A stretch of 64,000 bases of DNA from an uncultured Actinomycetes bacterium (GCA_963809395.1 CAWEJM010000029.1:425-64424), one strand, 5' to 3'. Shown: positions 1-11,923, counted from the stretch's first letter. The notes: generated by a model not told the origin, from the letters alone. A program made the numbers and translations.

Positions 1-1705
1 AACGCTCTGTGCGGCTTTCGTCCGGCCAGCTCGGGAACAGTGTTGTTCAACGGCATCGACCTCTATCACAACTTCGATGCCTACCGCAACGATCTCGGTT
101 ACGTTCCTCAGGACGACATAATCCACCGGGAGCTTCCCGTCCGCCGTGCCCTCGATTACGCTGCACGCCTCAGGATGCCAGGCGACACCTCGACTGCTGA
201 GCGGCTGCAGAGGGTCGAGGAGGTGTTGGAGGATCTCGACCTTGGGCCTGTGCCGAGCGGGCCGTCCGCCAATTGAGCGGCGGACAGCGCAAGCGGGTGT
301 CCATCGGCGTGGAATTGCTGACCCGGCCCGTCTCTTTCCTGGACGAGGCCACCTCGGGACTGGACCCGGGCACGGAGTCTCAGATGATGAAGCTCCTCCG
401 CCGCCTCGCCGATCAAGGGCGGACGGTGGCCCTCGTCACCCATGCGACCAAGAACGTCATGACCTGCGATAAGGTCATCTTCATGGCTCGTGGCGGCCAC
501 TTGGCCTACTACGGGCCCCCGGAGGAGGCGCTCCGCTATTTCGGAGTAGGCGATTTCGACGAGATCTACGGCCGCCTGGAGCAAGGCGATCCCAAGGAGT
601 GGCGGAGCAGGTTCCGCGCGTCGAAGATCTACCGGGAGAACGTCGAAGCTCGATTGGCCGAGGTGAGTCCGCCGGTAGGCGGTGGCGCTCCGGTTGGGGC
701 CGCGCCCGCGCCCGCTTTCGCGGCTGCCGCGCGCGCTGCAGCCCGCCACCCCCGGGTGTTCCGCCGCCCTGGTCGGGGGACCGATCGGCAGCCGGGAAAG
801 GAGCGTCTGGGAAGCGCCAGCGAGTCCCGACCTGGCGCCAGTTCGTCATCCTTTCCCAGCGCTACCTGGACACGATCTGGCGCGACAAGAAGACTGCCGG
901 CCTTCTGTTCGCCATCGCCCCCTTCTTGGGGGCCCTAGACTTCATCGTATGGAAGCGCGATGTCTTGAATCCCCAGACCGGGAGCGCCGTCAAGGCGCTC
1001 ACCATGCTGTTCATGGTGTCGCTAATCACGGTCTTGGTGGGCACCATCACTTCCGTAAGAGAGATCGTCAAGGAGGATGCCATCTACCGGCGCGAGCGCA
1101 TGGTGGGATTGCGCGTGATGCCGTACGTAGGCTCCAAGGTCGCGATCGGCTTCCTGTTTGCCCTGTACAGCGCCCTCATGCTCTTTGTCTTCAAGGTGGC
1201 GGCGATCGACTTTTCGTACCTTGGTTTCGCAAACACCATGCTGTTGTTGGTCCCCCTCGTCCTCGGCACCTTGGCTGGGGTGATGTGGGGGCTCCTGGTG
1301 TCGGCGGTGGCGCCGAGCGAGGACCGGGCCATGCTGCTCGTGATCCTGGTGCTGGTACCTCAGTTCGTCTTCTCCGGCGGCATGGTGCCGCTCAAGGATC
1401 TCGGCGCGGCCGGGAGGATCATGGGCTGGGTCACCTCGAGCCGCTGGGAGTTGGGGGCGCTGGCCACGTCCGCCAAGATAGGGGGCGGAGGCGGCCAGAC
1501 ACCGAGCCTACCCGGTTTTTCCCTACCTGGGGTCGGGACCATATCCGTTCCGGGGCAGGCAGAGGCCATGTCCGGCTCGATCCGCGATCAGTACGGGGAT
1601 ATCTTCCACGTAAACCTGGCGCTCTATTGGGGCATGGCCCTGGCTCTGGCGATAGTCCTGCTGGTCGTGATCATCTTCATCCAGAAGCGCAAGGACACGC
1701 TTTGA
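1..1705 (+). CDS. Fused ABC transporter ATPase + ABC-2 permease (Rv1747/ABCG-like), 5' truncated by window, frameshifted
   Basis: GYVPQDDIIHRELPV (40-276), signature LSGGQRKRVSIGVELL and Walker B FLDEATSGLD (273-), then hydrophobic permease with REIVKEDAIYRRERMVGL (599-1705). Confidence 0.9.
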
Positions 1706-1730
1706 CGGTCTGCCGGAATCGAGGACGTAG

Positions 1731-4016
1731 GTGGAAGATCTAGCGGGCAGGAACCTCGGCAGGTACCAGGTGACCGCGCTGGTGGGGCGAGGTGGCATGG
1801 CGACGGTCTACAAGGCCATCGACCCCGTCCTCGACCGGGCCGTCGCGATAAAGGTGATGCATAGCCACCTGGCCGCCGACCCCACCTTCGTCGGCCGTTT
1901 CCGCCACGAAGCCCAGGCGGTCGCAGCTCTCAGACATCCGAACATCGTCAAGGTGTTCGACTTCGGGAGCGAGGCCGAGGCCTACTACATGGTGATGGAG
2001 TTCATCGACGGGCCCACATTGGCCTCTCTGTTGGAGAGCAGGGCCGGGGAGAAGGTCGCGCCGACCGGCTCGGGCATTGGCGCCACAGGTCCCCCCGGAC
2101 GGGTCGGCGGCCTGTATCCCCCTGAGATACTGCGCATATTCGCACCCCTCTGCTCGGCCATCGACTACGCGACGACCAAGGGCATGGTGCATCGTGACAT
2201 CAAGCCGGCCAACATCCTCCTGACCCAGGACGGAGAGCCGATTCTGACCGACTACGGGATCGCCAAGATCATGGGCGCCACCTCCTACACCGTCTCCGGC
2301 GTGGTGATGGGGTCGGCCCACTACATGTCCCCCGAGCAGGTACAGGGCTTTCCCATGGACCATCGCACCGACATCTATTCCCTCGGTGTGGTGCTTTTCG
2401 AGGCGCTCGCGGGTCGCGTGCCCTTCGACGCAGAAACCACAGCCTCGATCCTTGCCCAGCACATCTCCGCCCCCGTGCCGCCTGCGCAGTCCATCAATCC
2501 CAACCTGCCGTGGCAGGTGCAGGCCGTCTTGGAGAAGGCTCTGGCCAAAGCGCCGGAGAACCGCTACCAGCAGGCGGGCGAAATGGCGGCTTCCCTGCAA
2601 GCTGCGCTTGCGCCTTTGGCCGGCGGCGGGCCCGGTACGACTCCCTCCGCGGGTGCCGGCCAAGCGCCAACGGTGGTGCTGAACGCGGGCGCTGCCACTC
2701 GCATGGAACGGGTGACGGCCTTCGAACCGGCGGGGGCTGAGCCACTGTGGGGGCAGCCGTGGCAGCCGATCCAGCCCGCCAAGAGTCGCCTACGGCGGAA
2801 TCTTTTGATCGCCGCCGCCGCGGTCGTGGTGATCGCCGGGGTGGTCGTGGGCGTTGTGTTGGGCACGTCGGGAGGGGGAACCGCGGCGGCGACCACATCC
2901 ACTCTTAGGGCCTCTACGAGCTCGACAAACTCGACGAACTTCACCGGCCCGACGACGGGCGGTACCAGCACCGTTACCAGCGGATCCGGGGGCGAAGTGA
3001 CGATCACGACGGTCTCGGGACAGGCGTCCTATCTGATCGAGGAAGGCGACGCCTTCGTGCAAAGCGGCCAGTTCGATGAAGGGATCAAGAGATACGAAGA
3101 GGCTTTGGCAGTCGACCCGGAGAGCGATGTGGCCCGCACTCAACTGGGTATCGTGTACTACCTGCATGGCACCTATTCCTCTGAGGGGGCTCAGCAGCAA
3201 CTCGAGTTGGCCACCGAGAAGAATCCCGCGAGCGCCCGAGCTTGGGCTTTCCTGGGTCTCTCCCGCCTGGGCTCGGCCTATAAGCATAAGACCGGAGACT
3301 ATGCGTCCGCGGAAACGGCCATCCGGACGGCGATGGAGCTTGATCCCAAGAGCGGCCTGGGTCATGCGTTCCTGGGCCGGTTGTTGGCGGCTTCGGGTCG
3401 CAACGACGAAGCTCTTACGGAAGCGCAGACTGCGCTGGACCTCGGTCCGGAGGACCCCTGGGTACTCGTTTCGGCCGGGTGGATCAATGGGGTGCAGGGA
3501 GACTGGACGGCCGCCGTCCCCTACTACGACCGCGCAGCCACCTACGAGCCCAACTGGGCCACCTTCTTGTCTCTGCTGGCCGAGGCCCTACGGGAGACGG
3601 AGAAGTATGACGAAGCCCTGGGCTACTACGACACCGTGCTCAACCTGGACCAGGGCTACGAGGTCGGGGCTTACGAGGACATCGGGGTGACCCTGTGGGC
3701 CAAGGGCGACTCCCCGGGAGCGATCACCAGCCTCGAAAAAGCTCTGGCCCTCGACGATACCCGCGACTACGCTCACTGGGCGCTCGGCGCCATATTGGAC
3801 GAGCAGGAGGACTACGAGGCGGCTCTGCCCCATCTGGAGCGGGCCGTCGCGCTGGTGCCCAACAACGCCGGATACCAGGAGTGGCTGGCGGATTGCCTCT
3901 ACTACTTGGAGCGATACAAGGAAGCGAGGACGGCAGTCGACAAGTCGCTCGCGCTCGACCCCAATCGTCCCGGCGCGCAGGGGATCTCCGACGATCTGAA
4001 GGCGCTGGGCTACTGA
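1731..4016 (+). CDS. Hanks-type Ser/Thr protein kinase with TM helix, Thr/Ser linker and C-terminal TPR repeats
   Basis: Intact 761 aa ORF; GRGGMATVY, VAIK, HRDIKPAN, DYG, YMSPEQ; TM LIAAAAVVVIAGVVVGVVL; repeated TPR-like A..A..LDP units. Confidence 0.95.
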   Translation: MEDLAGRNLGRYQVTALVGRGGMATVYKAIDPVLDRAVAIKVMHSHLAADPTFVGRFRHEAQAVAALRHPNIVKVFDFGSEAEAYYMVMEFIDGPTLASLLESRAGEKVAPTGSGIGATGPPGRVGGLYPPEILRIFAPLCSAIDYATTKGMVHRDIKPANILLTQDGEPILTDYGIAKIMGATSYTVSGVVMGSAHYMSPEQVQGFPMDHRTDIYSLGVVLFEALAGRVPFDAETTASILAQHISAPVPPAQSINPNLPWQVQAVLEKALAKAPENRYQQAGEMAASLQAALAPLAGGGPGTTPSAGAGQAPTVVLNAGAATRMERVTAFEPAGAEPLWGQPWQPIQPAKSRLRRNLLIAAAAVVVIAGVVVGVVLGTSGGGTAAATTSTLRASTSSTNSTNFTGPTTGGTSTVTSGSGGEVTITTVSGQASYLIEEGDAFVQSGQFDEGIKRYEEALAVDPESDVARTQLGIVYYLHGTYSSEGAQQQLELATEKNPASARAWAFLGLSRLGSAYKHKTGDYASAETAIRTAMELDPKSGLGHAFLGRLLAASGRNDEALTEAQTALDLGPEDPWVLVSAGWINGVQGDWTAAVPYYDRAATYEPNWATFLSLLAEALRETEKYDEALGYYDTVLNLDQGYEVGAYEDIGVTLWAKGDSPGAITSLEKALALDDTRDYAHWALGAILDEQEDYEAALPHLERAVALVPNNAGYQEWLADCLYYLERYKEARTAVDKSLALDPNRPGAQGISDDLKALGY

Positions 4017-4031
4017 CCGGTGGAGGGGACG

Positions 4032-4773
4032 ATGAGACGTGTGACGCGTGTGATGCCGGTGATCGTGTTGCTCGCGGTCGGCATGCTGCTGCCATGGGCG
4101 GCCGCCGGCTGTGGGAAGGGCTCCCAGCCCTCTGAAACATCGACTACGGCGGCCGGCCCGAGTACCACGTCTGCCGCGCAGGGGCTGGGCTCGGATATCC
4201 TGGAGGCCGTCCTCAAGTTCATCGACGTCCCCTTGTCCCACCCGTACTACGCGCAGATAACCGAGCTTGACTCGCGCGGGATCATCAGCGGCTTTCTCGA
4301 CGGTACGTTCAAGGCTGATTCCCCGATCACCCGGCAGCAGTTCGCCAAGATGGTCGTGAAGACGATGGGCTACCCGGTATCCGAGGCCGATGTCTGCCCG
4401 TTCACCGACGTCCCGAGCAATCTCGACGTGATAGACCCGCTGTATCCGGATCACTACGTAGCGGTGTGCGCGGCGCGAGGTGTCACGGTCGGCAAGACAG
4501 ACACCACCTTCGCTCCCGATGACAGCATCACTCGCGCCCAGCTCATCACCATGGTGGCGAGGGCCGCGAATCTCGTCGAGCCCCCGGAGGGCTACAGTCC
4601 GCCGTTTGGCCAATTCGACAACACCCACTTCCCCTTCGCCCGACGAGCCGCCTACGCGGGGCTACTGGACGGCCTGCTGGGACTCGGCCCAGACTACGAC
4701 TTTCTCTCTCCCGGCGACTCGGGGCGAGGTATGCGTGATCCTCTTCAACCTGTTGCACAATTCACTGAGCTAG
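4032..4773 (+). CDS. SLH (S-layer homology) domain lipoprotein
   Basis: Lipobox AAAGC; SLH motifs FIDVP..HPY, GIISGF.DGTF....ITRQQFAKM, FAPDDSITRAQL; third repeat PATRGEVCVILFN after a frameshift near 4708. Confidence 0.85.
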
Positions 4774-4862
4774 TCGGTGGTTCATGCCGAACGAGGTTGC
4801 GACGGACTTCCGCCGATAGTAGACTCGTGGTGAGGAGAGGCCCGACCCGGGCCGGCGGCAGA

Positions 4863-7230
4863 CGACAGGGGGGTGAGTGATGAGCGGCCATCAAGCCAAG
4901 CTCAAAGCACAGCGCACGGGGGCCGCCTCGGTCCCGATCCTGCTCGCCGCGGTCTGCGTTCTTGCCCTAGCCCTGGTGTTCAGTGCCTGTGGCGGTGGCT
5001 CCACTACCGCCTCGTCCCAGATGCCTACTCAGTTATCCCCGGAGCAGATCCTGGCCGGCGTCTTGGCTGTCGTGCAGGGAGCCGGCGCTGCTGGGGGCGC
5101 ACCGGCGCGGGGAGATGGTGGTCCAGGGGAGGGCGATATTCTCCTCGAGCCGGCCGGGACGGCAGGTCCGGAATCGTTCGCGGGTGAGGTGCACGTGGTC
5201 CGGGGACCGACCACCACCTTCTCGCTCCCCGCTCGTACCTCAACGACCCAATCACCGACCACGCTGGCCCCGGGTCAGGTGGCAGCCTGGTCCGGGGGCA
5301 CCCCCGGGCCTCTACGGCGGTTCGCGTAGCAAGAGCCAAATGCGACAAGGAACTGCAACTGCGTTTCCTCGAGCAGAACCCGGCCAAGGCGGCGGCCTTC
5401 TGCGCCGCTCTTAACAGCGATCCCACTCTGCGCTGGAGCGGGGGTAACAAGGTGGTACCCGAGCCAGCTGCGAGCCTACTTCGCCGAGCTTACTCCCATG
5501 CTTCTCACCCGGGACACCCGGGTCACCAACCACGGGTTCCGCAACGGCTATCCCACCCCCCGTCAGTCCGTGCTGCAGGCCGGTCAGGGAGTGCTCGTCG
5601 ATCCGGTACGGAGTGCCCCGGGTGCGCTGCGAGTGCGGCAACCCGCTCAATCCGCCCCAGCCGGTCAAGACCACTCCCAAATACACCGGTCCCAAGTGGA
5701 CTAACTTCGATCCCACCACCATCATCATCATCCAGCAGACCACCGTGATCATCGATATCTTCGTGGTCGTCGACGTCGACACCGGCGAGAGCTTCAACCG
5801 CCCGGCCGGCAGCACGGGAGAGCAGGACACACCGCGAGAAGTCACCACGTCGACCGTGACATCTACTACCGAGACGTCTACTACGGAAGTCCCGCCGACA
5901 ACGTCCCCGCCGGTTACTGCCGGGCCTCCGAGTTCCGATGACATCTCCTATGTCGGTGGATTCGAAGGCGTTTGGGACACCAACTGGGAAGTGCTGACGT
6001 TCACGAGAGACGGCACAAGCCTACACGGCGAGTACACCTACCAGAACGGCAGGATCGAGGCCACCTTGGGTGCAGACGGAAGAACGATGGAGGGCACCTG
6101 GGCCGAAGCCCCGAGCTATTCTCCACCCGATGATGGCGGTAGAGTGGTCTTTAGTTTGTCAGCGGATGGCCAGGCTATCGATGGCCAATGGTGGTACGGC
6201 AACGATGGGTCTGGTGGCACGTGGGTGGGGACCCGAAAGAAATAGAGCGACAGGGGGGTAAGTGATGAGCGGCCATCAAGCCAAGCTCAAAGCACAGCGC
6301 ACGGGGGCCGCCTCGGTCCCGATCCTGCTCGCCGGGGTCTGCGTTCTTGCCCTAGCCCTGGTGTTTAGTGCCTGCGGCGGTGGTTCTACTACCGCCTCGT
6401 CCCAGATGCCTACTCAGTTGTCCCCGGAGCAGATCCTGGCCGGTGTCTTAGCTGTTGTGCAGGGGGCCGGCGCTGCCGGGGGCGCCACTGGGGCCGCCAG
6501 CGGGGAGATGCGTGGTCCAACAGGAGGGCGATATTCTCCTCGAGCCGGCCGGGACGGCCGGTCCGGAATCATTCGCCGGTGAGGTGCACGTGGTCCGGGG
6601 ACCGACCACCACGTTCACGCTCCCCGCCCGTACCTCAACGACCCAAGTCACCGACCACTCTGGCCCCCGGTCAGGTGGCGGCCTGGTCCGGGGGCACCCC
6701 CGGGCTCTACGGCGGTTCGCGCAGCAAGAGCCAAATGCGACAAGGAACTGCAACTACGTCTTCCTCGAGCAGAACCCGGACAAGGCGGCGGCCTTCTGCG
6801 CCGCTCTTAACAGCGACCCCACTCTGCGCTGGAGCGGGGGTAACAAGGTGATACCCGAGCCAACTGCGGGCCTACTTCGCCGAGCTTACCCCCATGCTTC
6901 TCACCCGGGACACCCGGGTCACCAACCACGGGTTCCGTAACGGATATCCCACCCCCCGTCAGTCCGTGCTGCAGGCCGGTCAAGGAGTGCTCGTCGATAC
7001 CGGTACGGAGTCCCCCGGGTGCGCTGCGAGTGCGGCAACCCGCTCAATCCGCCCCAGCCGGTCCGTACCACTCCCAAATACACCGGGCCCAAGTGGACCG
7101 GACTTCGATCCCACGACCATCATCATCATCCAGCAGACCACCGTGATCATCGACATCTTCGTGGTCGTCGATGTCGACACCGGCGAGACCATCGACCGCC
7201 CCGCGGGCACCACGGGAGAGGAGGACACTC
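4863..7230 (+). repeat. Direct repeat of about 0.96 kb (about 4863-5830 and 6248-7230)
   Basis: Both copies begin cgacagggggg-t(g/a)agtgatgagcggccatcaagccaagctcaaagcacag and stay near-identical to gtcgacaccggcgaga...cacgggagag. Confidence 0.95.
4880..6245 (+). CDS. DUF6777-like lipoprotein, copy 1, with C-terminal beta-rich domain (frameshifted)
   Basis: Lipobox FSAC; LTRDTRVTNHGF, QSVLQAG..VLVD, PRVRCECGNPL resemble actinobacterial DUF6777; Thr-rich linker then GVWDTNW...GTWVGTRKK. Confidence 0.75.
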
Positions 7231-7740
7231 CTCACGGGAGCACGACCACATCGAGCGAGACCACCACGACTTCGAGCACCACCATCGAGCTACCGCAGCA
7301 GCACGACGACCACGTCCATTGCCGTCGACCACCCGGACATCAACGGGCATTGGACAGGCTCGTATACCTTCACGGCCATCGACGTCCTGCCTCGGCGGAG
7401 AGCGAACTCGAATCGCAGGGCTGTTCGGTGGCGGAACTCAAAGCGCTCGAGGGCAAGCCCTTGCCGATGACCGTGGACATCACCGTAACGCGCCGGGGAC
7501 AGGGTACCGGCGTGGTGCTCGTCGATTTCTCATCTGTCTCTTCGGACGCGTACCTCGGAGCCTCAGACCATGTCCGTCTCCTACGTCGGCAACACCGTTA
7601 CCCTCACGACAGAGGACGGGACGGAGACGAAGGGGGAGGTGTCGAGTCAAGGTGGTCGGTTGGTCATCGGCGGCACACAGACGCAAGCCGACCAGGGCAT
7701 CAGCATAACGGCCGTCTGGCAGGTGACGAAGGCGCAGTAG
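6265..7740 (+). CDS. DUF6777-like lipoprotein, copy 2, with a different C-terminal domain (frameshifted)
   Basis: Same N-terminus and motifs as copy 1; after a Thr-rich linker continues PDINGHWTGSYTF...ITAVWQVTKAQ, stop at 7740. Confidence 0.72.
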
Positions 7741-7761
7741 GCCGGGAGGGCGAAGGGATCA

Positions 7762-8223
7762 CGTGAGGAGCTAGGTGCACTGCTGCCTGGCTGCTGCTCG
7801 TGACGTTCGCGGTTGCGCTGGTCGGGTGCTCGAGGCCGCCGTGACACCTGCTCGACCGCGGTCGATCAGGGAGTGGGGACGGCCGTCCCGCTGGAGGGCG
7901 GAGGCCATTACACCGACATCCTTCCGCAAGAGCTCAACGCCATGCTGCAGAAGCAAGGATTTCTTCCTGGTCAATGTGCGGGTCCCTTATCAAGGCGAGA
8001 TCGAAGAGACGGACGCGTTCATCCCGTTCGACCAGATCGACGCGCGTCTGAGCGAATTCCCCGGGCCCGTAACGCCAAGATCGTGGTGTATTGCCGGAGC
8101 GGGGGCATGAGCGCCATCGCCGCGGCCGCTCTCGTGAAGGCGGGCTACACCAACGTCTACAATCTCGACGGCGGATTGCTCGCCTGGTCGGCCGCCGGGT
8201 ACACATTGCTCCAGAAGCAATAG
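7762..8223 (+). CDS. Rhodanese-like domain protein, probably a lipoprotein (frameshifted)
   Basis: [46 protein letters not shown]; VALVGC near start. Confidence 0.85.
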
Positions 8224-8250
8224 GCTCGGACCGACCCGAACCACGTGGGG

Positions 8251-10060
8251 CTATCGCCGCAGGGAGTGCCCCTGCTGCCTAGCGAGGAAGGACCGGTACG
8301 TCTCCATCATGGCGTCGAAAGGCGCCTCGAACTCGATCGTGGTGAAGTGTCCGGGTGGCCTGCGACACATCAGGTCCAGGGGCAGGTACCCGTCCCAGGA
8401 GTAGGCGAGCTGGGGGAAAGCGCCTCTGCCGACGACTCGGATGGCGGTCACACCCCGAGCCCCGCAGGCGGTGGCGAAATCCAGGAAGCGGTCAGTCAAT
8501 TCCTCTCCCGGCCTCCCCACGGCCACACTCAACGATTGCAGCGATCTGGCGGGCAGAAGACTGAGATAGAGGCGAGGCAGCTCCAGCAGGTCGTCCAGCG
8601 GACGGACCATGACGACTCGGCCCTGACAGTCGTTTACCAGGCCACCGAAGATACGGGAATCGAAACGGGGTTGACCCGGGGGCCGCTCGTCCAGCACCAC
8701 CACGAACTCGTCGTCGTAGCGCGACAGCACCCGCAGCCCGCGTCCCGTGCGCTCCATCCCCTCCAAGGCCTTGTAGCGGTCGAACGTGTCATGGAGTAGG
8801 CGGCGTGGCCATGCGCCGCGGGGAAGGAGCAGTGAGAGCCGGCGGAGCTGCCCGGCCAGGTGCTCCGCATACTCCTGGACGCTGAGGTCGCCGGTCTCGC
8901 CCTTCTCTACGAAGTGGATCCGCGAGGAGAGGCATCCATTCTGGTCCCAGAAGATGGAATCGAGGCCGGCGAGAAGGGTGACGACGTCAAGGAGGCTGCC
9001 TTCTTTTGGGGATGGGGCGGCCCGGTGCCTTTCGGCGAGCATCTCCCGACCGATGGCAGTGAAGCTGACCTTGTGCCCGTGGGCATGGAATCGGGGCCGA
9101 GCCTCGGTCGGCACGACCACCCGCTGCCTCGATCTGGCCCGCGATGCGGCCTATGGTGTCGTCTCCGGCTGCCGCGATGACCAGATCGGATCGGGAGAGC
9201 AGGCGGTCCTGCAACTCGGCGTCCTCGTAGTCCCAGGTCAAGATCGCCACGGTCCCGAACAGGTCGGCGTCCGCCTGTTCGAGCGCGGCGAGGACCATCG
9301 GGCTGAAGATCGGCTCGCGGCGGGAATTTCGCACCACTGTCACCGGGGGCGCGCCCCCAGCCAGGGTGGTCGAGAGGGCAAGGAGGGCGATGATCAGGGC
9401 CGTCCCGGGGACGTTGCCGGCTCCATACCCGGTGACGAACTCCGGTGCCTCCGCCTCTCCGAACAGCGGTCGCCGCGAGTACATGGGGAGCCGGCCGGCG
9501 AAGCGAACCGCCAGCCGGCCGGGCAGCCCGGCCAGGGCCCGCCACTCCCGTTCGTCAGCGCCGGCGCCGCCTGGAAAGAACCGCAGCCGTCCTGTGAGTC
9601 CGGGAAGCGACTCCCACCTGGCCGCCGCGCTCCTCGTGGGAGAGAGAGCGAGAGCCTGAGCCATCTGCCCCAGGTCCCACATATCCGGCGCCCCCAATGT
9701 GGAGGCGATCATCTCCGGCGAATACCCGGTATAGCGAGGAAGAGCGTCGAGGGCCGCGCCGTGGAGCGGGTCGCCGGGGTCGGACAGGCGCTCGCCGCCG
9801 ACAGCATGGCCGCCTGCAGGCGATCCCAGAACTCGGGTCCGCGCGGGGCCTCGTCGGCGGGCGGCTGAGAGAAGATCGAGCGTCCGCGTCCAGGCTTCGG
9901 CGCCGAGCCGGGGCCAGCGAGCTGTGACCGCCCCCGGGGCATCGGCGTCGCATTCGCGGCCGCACTCCCGGCCGCCGGCGAAGCTCAGGGTCTCCCAGCG
10001 AGTCTCGGCGGAGATCACCTGGGCGCGCACCGCCTGGGGCAGCCAGAATCCTTCGATCAC
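8251..10060 (-). CDS. LuxC-like acyl-CoA/acyl-protein reductase (ALDH superfamily), frameshift near 9120
   Basis: GAGNVPG, DLVIAAAGDDTI, HGHKVSF, WDQNGCLSS with the catalytic-Cys position of LuxC-type DQxxCxS. Confidence 0.8.
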
Positions 10061-11505
10061 ACCTGGGCTGCGCACCCTGCCTCCCCCAGCAGGTCGACAC
10101 GTTGGATGGAATCCCGGGCGAGGTAGGCTCCTCCGTCCCCGCAGGAGCAGACCGTATCTCCGCGCCCGACGACCATGGTCACCCGATCCGCGGTGCGGAA
10201 GAACGCCGGGAACAGATCGCCCCCTCCCCAAGGGTCGAAGAACGCCAGCAGTCCGGTCGTTCTGGATCCGGCTTGGAACCCGCCATCGTCATCGAGGGTG
10301 ACCGCATGCACCCATGGGGGTACGTGGTAGTTGCCGGCGGAACACTGCATCGCCACCCAGTTCGCCTCGGCCATGCCGTACACGTCTCTCAGCGGCACAA
10401 TCCCTCCGTCCGCCAAACGGAACACGCTCTCCAGGTCTCGTCTGATCTCTTGCGGGCCGAAATCGTAGGCTTCTTTCATGCCTCCGCCGGTGCCGAGCAG
10501 GCTCCCCGGAGCCAGGGTCAGCGTCTTACCGGCACGAGCCAGAGCCAATGCCACCCCGTGAAGTTGGGTGGCGCTCCCGAAGAGCAGTACCTTCTCTCCG
10601 CGGACCGCCGCCCGTTCGAGGACGGCCAGAGCGATCTTTATGGCGTGGGGGTCCACGTAGCGTCTCTGGAGCGACGTTTATCGCGGGGTGCCACGCACGC
10701 TTTTCGAGCGAGACCCCGCCAACCCGGGCGAAAGGCGCGACCCGCGCGGATGCGGACTTGATCCGGGTGAGCAGGGAACGGTATGGCGAAATGCACCCGG
10801 TCGGAGGTGAGTCCCACCCGCTGCACGCTGAACCGGGCCATGCGCGCCATGGCGATGCGGGTGCGACTCGGCATCATGAACACGGCCCGGTGGTCGGCCT
10901 TCATGCCGAGATAGCGCTGGAAGGCCAGGTAGAAGCTTTCGACGGTCAGGTCGGTGCCCCGCTGGTCGCGCGCGATGATGGTGGCGCGCCCCGAGGTTCC
11001 GCTCGACGTGAGCAATTCGAGCCCCAGGTCGGAGAACACACGCTCGATGGCGCTGAGCAAGGCCTCGAGCGACCGGTAGCGCGTTTTGAATCGAGCCATG
11101 CGGTTGCGGGGCAGCTCCACCGAGAGCTGGGCCGCAAGCCATTCGAGAAAGCCCTCGGGGTCGTCGTTGGGGAAAGGCGTCCCCAATAGGTCGATGTACG
11201 ACTTGAAAGTCTGGGATGTCGGCCGAAGCAGCCGGGGAAGGTCGAGAGGCCCTGCCTGGGGGCCCACTCCTCGTGCCGAGACGGCTTGCCTATAGGAAAG
11301 ATTGCGCTGATAGTGCCAGGCGTGGGTAGTCAAGAATGCCGTCTAGCGCGGCCTTGTCGCGCTCGGCGTCTGAAAGAGCCCAGAAATCGGCCAGGTTCAT
11401 CCGGGTCGCGGCGGCTTGCTCCACGGCGTCAGTGTTCGCTGCGAGGAAGTACTCATTCCGAACTCCGCGTACGTCTGCTGCGGGGCTCGAGCGGCGGGGG
11501 CTCAC
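10057..11505 (-). CDS. LuxE-like acyl-protein synthetase (frameshifted)
   Basis: LTSSGTSG, GTGGGMK, DVYGMAE, HVPPWV, GLLAFFDP, RTAD and a C-terminal EAGC Cys. Confidence 0.8.
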
Positions 11506-11923
11506 GGCCTTCCAAGGCTATGATGGCGGCGCGGTGGTCCGCGCGCAGCGGCACCCGGCGTCCCGCCACGTAGTCGTAGGAGACCACCAGAGCGTCTCCC
11601 TCGGCCGCCACTTTCCCCAGGCTGTGGCTGAACACCGCCTGTTCCATGAGGAAGCGGTCGTCCCCCAGGGCGGAAACCCGCACTCCCACCGAGAGGGTGT
11701 CCGGATAGGTGACGGGAACCCGGTAGCGGCAGCTATTCGCCGCCAGGATCACACCATGCTCGCTCGTACGCAGGCCGTGGAACGCGATCCCCGCGCGCTC
11801 GAGATAGGCGATGCGGCCCGTCTCGAACCACCGCAGGAAGACGATGTTGTTCACGTGACCGAGAACGTCCATCTCCCCCCAGGCCACGACGACGTCGACG
11901 GTTACCGGATAAGCGCTTAGCAT
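11453..11923 (-). CDS. Acyl-CoA thioesterase, hot-dog 4HBT/YbgC family
   Basis: VAWGEMDVLGHVNNIVFLRWFETGR; YRVPVTYPD. Confidence 0.9.
   Translation of the reverse strand: MLSAYPVTVDVVVAWGEMDVLGHVNNIVFLRWFETGRIAYLERAGIAFHGLRTSEHGVILAANSCRYRVPVTYPDTLSVGVRVSALGDDRFLMEQAVFSHSLGKVAAEGDALVVSYDYVAGRRVPLRADHRAAIIALEGREPPPLEPRSRRTRSSE

Noticed and set aside
4863-7230. Duplicated segment as a diversity-generating retroelement or CRISPR-like repeat
   Set aside because: No reverse transcriptase or cas genes; differences are not adenine-specific; only two long copies.
8251-11923. Bioluminescence operon
   Set aside because: No luxA/luxB luciferase or luxG in the window.
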